10,490 nt of DNA from Candidatus Micrarchaeota archaeon (GTDB lineage: Archaea; Micrarchaeota; Micrarchaeia; Anstonellales; Bilamarchaeaceae): assembly GCA_041694885.1 (NCBI GenBank), contig JBGFRX010000037.1, positions 1 through 10,490 on the forward strand, read 5' to 3'. Position numbers and translations under genes: made by a program. Of this stretch, positions 6,617-10,490 are shown in pieces; position 1 is the stretch's first letter, and each line of letters begins with the position of its first letter. The notes under the pieces are model-generated. The model searched no databases, was not told the origin of the DNA, and saw only the letters and a program-made list of their open reading frames with translations.

Positions 6617-7774
6617 ATGGTCGGAGCAAAAGGCGCATATCTGAAACGGCTAACCTCGAAATTGGCCATCAGGTCAGTCGAGGTCGGGAAGGAGATGGAA
6701 GGGAGCACTCCGCCCTCAGTATTCATAGGAAGCTACAACTACCCGAAAGTGTTCGCAGGTCCGATGCTCGCGCCTGAGCACGGCGACACTTCCATAATGG
6801 ATTCCCCGGAGCAGTGGATTCCACAGCGCACCACGCAGGAGCGGATAATAGAATACAGGATGAACCTCGTGCGCGGGAAGCGCGAAATAAGCGTGAAGGA
6901 CGTGGACAGCAAATTCGTGGAAAGGATAAGGGACGTAACCCTTGCTTCGAAATCAGTGGAAAGCGGCGCCAAATTCAGCTACGTGCCGCGCGGAAGCTCT
7001 TTCAGCGACGAGCATCTCCCGCACGGTCCGAGTGGGATGTTGGAAAAATTCGAAACCGGGAACTGCACATGGGAGCACTCCCTTGAAAACGTCTATTACG
7101 ATACGGATTTGAAGGCAGCTGAGGCGATAGTCGCACTCCACGGACAAGGGCTCGAATTCTCGCGTATACAGAAGGCGCTTTCGACCGGTTCTATGGGGCT
7201 GGGGAAAAACAGGAAATTGGTTCCGACGCGCTGGAGCATAACCGCAACCGACAGCGCGCTCGCGGACAATTACCTGGAAGAGGTAATGTATTGCGAATCC
7301 ATAGATACGTTTAGGGTGCATGAGTCGTCATCGCTCAACAATCATTATGCCGTGATTCTCGTTCCCGGCGCATGGCAGTACGAGTGGTACGAGGCCTTCT
7401 TGCACGTGCTTGGAAAAGAGGAACTGATATTCAGCGACTACGAAACGAACCGGGGGAAGAAGAGATACTCTTCTGTGGGCGGCTGCTATTACAGCTGCAA
7501 GTTCGCCCTTCTCGAGGCACTCGCGCGCGAGAAAAAGCAGGCAGGAGCGATAGTGCTCAGGGAAGCGTACGAGGGCTATGTTCCCCTGGGCGTGTTCAAC
7601 GTGCGCGAGAACGTCCGGGAAGCGATGAGGAATGAGGGAAAGGAATTCGGGAATTTGAGGGCAGCGCTCGATTATGCGCAGCAAAAACTCAAGCTCCCCA
7701 TTGCGCGCTTCGTTTCGGAGGGCGTACTCCTTGCGAATTTATTAAGCGGAAGACAGACGATTTTCCCTTTATAA
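6617..7774 (+). CDS. nreA: Nre family archaeal DNA repair protein (DUF650/DUF651), short form without the N-terminal Cys cluster
   Basis: [40 protein letters not shown] and [16 protein letters not shown] motifs; C-terminal RQT.. remnant of the PIP box. The NreA/NreB subtype is uncertain. Confidence 0.9.
   Translation: MVGAKGAYLKRLTSKLAIRSVEVGKEMEGSTPPSVFIGSYNYPKVFAGPMLAPEHGDTSIMDSPEQWIPQRTTQERIIEYRMNLVRGKREISVKDVDSKFVERIRDVTLASKSVESGAKFSYVPRGSSFSDEHLPHGPSGMLEKFETGNCTWEHSLENVYYDTDLKAAEAIVALHGQGLEFSRIQKALSTGSMGLGKNRKLVPTRWSITATDSALADNYLEEVMYCESIDTFRVHESSSLNNHYAVILVPGAWQYEWYEAFLHVLGKEELIFSDYETNRGKKRYSSVGGCYYSCKFALLEALAREKKQAGAIVLREAYEGYVPLGVFNVRENVREAMRNEGKEFGNLRAALDYAQQKLKLPIARFVSEGVLLANLLSGRQTIFPL
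7759..7774 (+). repeat. 16-bp repeat copy 2 (GATTTTCCCTTTATAA), forming the last codons and stop of nre
   Basis: Identical to the reverse complement of 881-896. Confidence 0.75.
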
Positions 7775-7790
7775 AGCGCCCGGAATCCAG

Positions 7791-7831
7791 GAAAGGTTTA
7801 TTTATTTTCCCGATTCATTTTCACCAGGTGG
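7791..7831 (+). promoter_or_regulatory. BRE/TATA and SD of the 86-aa gene
   Basis: GAAAGG + TTTATTTA (7797-7804); AGGTGG SD at 7826-7831 before ATG 7836. Confidence 0.55.
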
Positions 7832-7835
7832 GAAA

Positions 7836-8096
7836 ATGGCGAAAATCCTTGTGGGCGAAGTCGCGCATTTTTTCGGCAAGATAAACGTCGCGGCGCTGAA
7901 GCTGAACAGCGGGCTCAACGAAGGGGACAGGATCTCCGTGGAGCACAGGAACGGCACGGTCGTGCTCGAGCAGATTGTGGACTCGATGGAAGTGCAGCAC
8001 AAACAGGTGCAGTCCGCAAAAGCAGGCGACGATGTAGCGATAAAGACGACCGGAAAGGTGCACACCGGAAATCTCGTGTACAAAATGAGCGAATAG
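7836..8096 (+). CDS. Stand-alone beta-barrel protein, EF-Tu domain II / peptidase U32 C-terminal-like
   Basis: Pattern VGEVAHFFGKINVAALKL...LNEGDRI...QIVDSMEV...VQSAKAGDDVAIK...V..GNLVYK; good SD. Confidence 0.8.
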   Translation: MAKILVGEVAHFFGKINVAALKLNSGLNEGDRISVEHRNGTVVLEQIVDSMEVQHKQVQSAKAGDDVAIKTTGKVHTGNLVYKMSE

Positions 8097-8101
8097 AAGG
8101 A

Positions 8102-8118
8102 GAAAAGCGTTTTTTATT
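8102..8118 (+). promoter_or_regulatory. BRE/TATA promoter of the TPR gene (probably leaderless)
   Basis: GAAAAGCG followed by TTTTTTATT, about 25 nt upstream of ATG 8140. Confidence 0.45.
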
Positions 8119-8139
8119 CTTTGCACGGAAAATAGTGCC

Positions 8140-9348
8140 ATGAATGAAAGCGCGGAAATCTGGAGCGACGCAGCCAGGTGCCTCGAGTTCCAGCGCGATT
8201 TCCAGGGGGCTGCGCAATGCTACGAATTTGCGAGGAAGGCAGGAGACGAGAGCCCGGAGACGCTGCTCAACTTAGCCGCATCCTATATCCATCTCTACGA
8301 TTTTTACAGGCAGGATAAATACCTCGAATCAGCAAAAAAGTTCCTCATCTCTGGATTAGAGAAGGACGAGCGCAACCACCGCCTCCACCACTATCTTGGC
8401 CTCGTTTATCTGGCGCTCGGGGAAAGGGAAACAGCAGCAGAGGAATTCTTCGCAGCGCAGGAGCACAAGGTGGAAGAGGAGATAGCGCAGTTCGGTATTC
8501 CTGAAGAGACGCCTGCAGTTTACGAATCGAAGAAGCATGATGTTTACGAGCTCTTCCCGGATCCAGCGCTTTACCGGCTCTTCGACTTGGTGAAGGGCTT
8601 TCCCTTGGACAGCGCGCTTTTCCAGAACCTGAAGGATACGTACGGGGAAAGGGACAGCACCTCGCTTCTCGCACTTTACTTGCGCTCGACATACTACAAA
8701 GTGTTCGAGGATAAGGAATTCGCCTCTGCGCTCGGGCTCTCCACAAGCCAGTCCAAATGGGAGGCGCTGCTCGTGTTCTTCGTGCGGGGCATAAATTCCG
8801 AATCGAAATCGCTCGTGAAAAATGCGGTGAAAGGAGGCAAGCTCAACACTTCCCTTCTTCCTGTGTACAGCAGATTGTTTGTTGAGAGGTACAGGCGCGA
8901 GCTGCTTTCCAGTGCCCAGGATATGGAAGGAATGAAAGCACTCATAATGCTTCCGCTCAAGCGCCTCGAAGCGCTCGAGTCAGCGTGCGAACTCGCGAAA
9001 AATGCGCGTACAGGAAAGAAATCCGCAAACGCAATAGTCGAGGCGCTTGCCGAAGGAGGGTTCGCGCACAGAAAAAACAGTTTTTTCATTTTTTCCGAAG
9101 CGCTTCTTAAGGATTTTGAAGGTGTGGAGCGGCTGAAAGCCAAACTGTCAGCAGGTGAATACGATTCCGAATTCTTCATACTAGTGCATGGGCTGCTCAA
9201 GCGCAGGCGCTTCGAGTACGCTCTTTCCATTGCGAAAAAGGTGAAGGGCCTTTACGAGGAAGGGGAAGCGACCGCGTACGTGAAGGACATCCTTTCCTCG
9301 GTTTCCCTTTCGGAAGAAGAGCAGTTTGTGCTTCTTTCCGAAATTTAG
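8140..9348 (+). CDS. Tetratricopeptide repeat protein
   Basis: N-terminal TPR motifs: DFQGAAQCYEFA, PETLLNLAASY, LHHYLGLVYLALGERETAAEEF. The remainder looks helical and has no recognisable family. Confidence 0.85.
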   Translation: MNESAEIWSDAARCLEFQRDFQGAAQCYEFARKAGDESPETLLNLAASYIHLYDFYRQDKYLESAKKFLISGLEKDERNHRLHHYLGLVYLALGERETAAEEFFAAQEHKVEEEIAQFGIPEETPAVYESKKHDVYELFPDPALYRLFDLVKGFPLDSALFQNLKDTYGERDSTSLLALYLRSTYYKVFEDKEFASALGLSTSQSKWEALLVFFVRGINSESKSLVKNAVKGGKLNTSLLPVYSRLFVERYRRELLSSAQDMEGMKALIMLPLKRLEALESACELAKNARTGKKSANAIVEALAEGGFAHRKNSFFIFSEALLKDFEGVERLKAKLSAGEYDSEFFILVHGLLKRRRFEYALSIAKKVKGLYEEGEATAYVKDILSSVSLSEEEQFVLLSEI

Positions 9349-10490
9349 ATGTGCACGATGCAGAGGTTCGCGAAAACCGGAGCACCATAAGTGCACTTGA
9401 TCTGGTTGTTGAACGCGCGCACGATCCCCCTTGCGTCCACTGTAAGCGTGCCGTTCGCGAGTATGTTCAGAACCTGGAGTGTCATATTCTCGTTTGCGCT
9501 TCCGTCCGTTCCGAGGTAGAGGTATTCGAGCGTGCTTCCGCTTGCCGGAGAATATGTCCATGTGAATCCAGTTGAATCCAACATGTTATTACACTCCACT
9601 TCTTCGTTCTTACTGTCGTAGCAGGTCGCGCTGAACGTGTAAAAGTCTGGCAGGCGTATTTCGCTCGGTCCGCTTATTTCGCAACTCTCGAGCGAGCAGC
9701 TTATGAATTCGGTGTCGTTGTTGTTGCTCGGATCCTCGCTCACTGCGGAATCCGAGTTCGCAGTTGCCCTTATCCCTATGTACCCATAGCCCCTGCACAT
9801 GTAATCATCAGTGCTTATAGTCTGGCTTGCTCTGCTCGCAAGCGGGTCTATTGCATAAGTGACCGGGTTGGATATTTTGGGGCAGTCGTCAAAGTTCGGG
9901 GCAGTGCAGTGCATTATGCGCACGCTGAGCTCGGATGCAGGAACGTCCCCAGGCCCTTCGTTGTGCACGGTTACGTTCGCATAACTCGATTCCTCCTGGT
10001 TCATCGCGAACTTTTCAGGATAGATCCGGGGAGTGAGATCCCCTTTCTGTGCAATTAAAACAGTTATGCTTGCGTTCGCGCTCGCATTAGCAACCCCTCC
10101 GCACACAGAGGCGCTTGTATTCGCGAAAACCCTCAGCGTTACGTCCGAAGGCGGATTCCCGGCTCCGGTGTAATTCAATGCGCCTGCGAAGCCCCTGCTC
10201 GCTCCTGTGGCAATCTCCACTGGAAGCGCATCAGAAGGAGTGAAAATGAAATTAGCGCTTGCGTTGAACGCAGTTACGTTAAGAGGGACATTGCCCGTGT
10301 TCTGCACAGTAATGGTTATGCTTGCCTCGTTGTTCGTGAATGAAATAGGCGAAGGAAGCACGCCCGTCATCCCAACCCCTATGTACCGGCATACGCACAC
10401 GTTCCCTGAGCACGTCTGGCCTGGAGGACAATCAGTTGGAGGGCCCCATTCCGTGCACCCATCCCCGTTGTAATCCCCGCATGTCTGGAT
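9345..10490 (-). CDS. Secreted/surface Cys-rich protein with Ig-like and CARDB domains (5' partial)
   Basis: The frame stays open past GTG 10400 to the window edge (IQTCGDYNGDGCTEWGPPTDCPPGQTCSGNVCVC). Ig-like ITITVQNTGNVPLNVT; CARDB DLTP...VTVHNEG...IRATANSDSAVSEDPSNN; 10 N-x-S/T sequons. Confidence 0.85.
   Translation of the reverse strand: MQTCGDYNGDGCTEWGPPTDCPPGQTCSGNVCVCRYIGVGMTGVLPSPISFTNNEASITITVQNTGNVPLNVTAFNASANFIFTPSDALPVEIATGASRGFAGALNYTGAGNPPSDVTLRVFANTSASVCGGVANASANASITVLIAQKGDLTPRIYPEKFAMNQEESSYANVTVHNEGPGDVPASELSVRIMHCTAPNFDDCPKISNPVTYAIDPLASRASQTISTDDYMCRGYGYIGIRATANSDSAVSEDPSNNNDTEFISCSLESCEISGPSEIRLPDFYTFSATCYDSKNEEVECNNMLDSTGFTWTYSPASGSTLEYLYLGTDGSANENMTLQVLNILANGTLTVDARGIVRAFNNQIKCTYGAPVFANLCIVHI

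Noticed and set aside
881..7774. Transposon or integrative element bounded by the 16-bp inverted repeats, or a Xer/dif site
   Set aside because: No transposase or integrase, no target-site duplication seen, the enclosed genes include essential argS and rio1, and there is no 11-6-11 dif architecture. Kept only as an unexplained repeat.
9348..9362. C-terminal CIVHI as a CaaX substrate for the nearby ICMT-family enzyme
   Set aside because: The Cys is fifth from the end, not fourth, and CaaX prenylation is not established for such archaeal surface proteins.
5909..9561. Alternative-frame and antisense ORFs over the methyltransferase, nre, beta-barrel and TPR genes
   Set aside because: They largely overlap well-supported genes and have no family motifs or translation signals.
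1..10490. CRISPR array, rRNA or long tandem repeats
   Set aside because: No regularly spaced repeats were seen, nearly all sequence is protein-coding, and intergenic gaps are under 140 bp.

Overview
Archaeal chromosomal segment, judged from aIF-2beta, aIF-1A, Rio1, an archaeal-type ArgRS, an Nre repair protein, TATA/BRE promoters and GGTG-type SD sites. The compact layout and Cys-rich CARDB surface protein suggest a DPANN (Micrarchaeota-like) genome, which is an inference. Gene order: (3' end of an upstream gene) > aIF-2beta > aIF-1A > Rio1 >< [small TPR-like protein < 589-aa orphan] < argS <> ICMT-family methyltransferase > small winged-helix protein > Nre > EF-Tu domain II/U32-C-like beta-barrel protein > TPR protein >< Cys-rich Ig/CARDB surface protein (runs off the window). 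The most interesting element is the 589-aa orphan. It appears to carry two tandem, diverged GGDEF/class III nucleotide-cyclase-like domains, the first keeping both metal-binding Asp positions (EGDEL) and the second catalytically degenerate. It has its own TATA box and palindrome and a tightly coupled TPR-like partner gene. Also seen: an unannotated 23-codon minus-strand ORF with a strong SD between aIF-1A and Rio1, whose last 16 nt are identical to the 3' end of nre, and a symmetric bidirectional TATA box between argS and the methyltransferase. No rRNA, tRNA, CRISPR array or transposase was found. All family assignments are by eye from motifs; no database searches were run.
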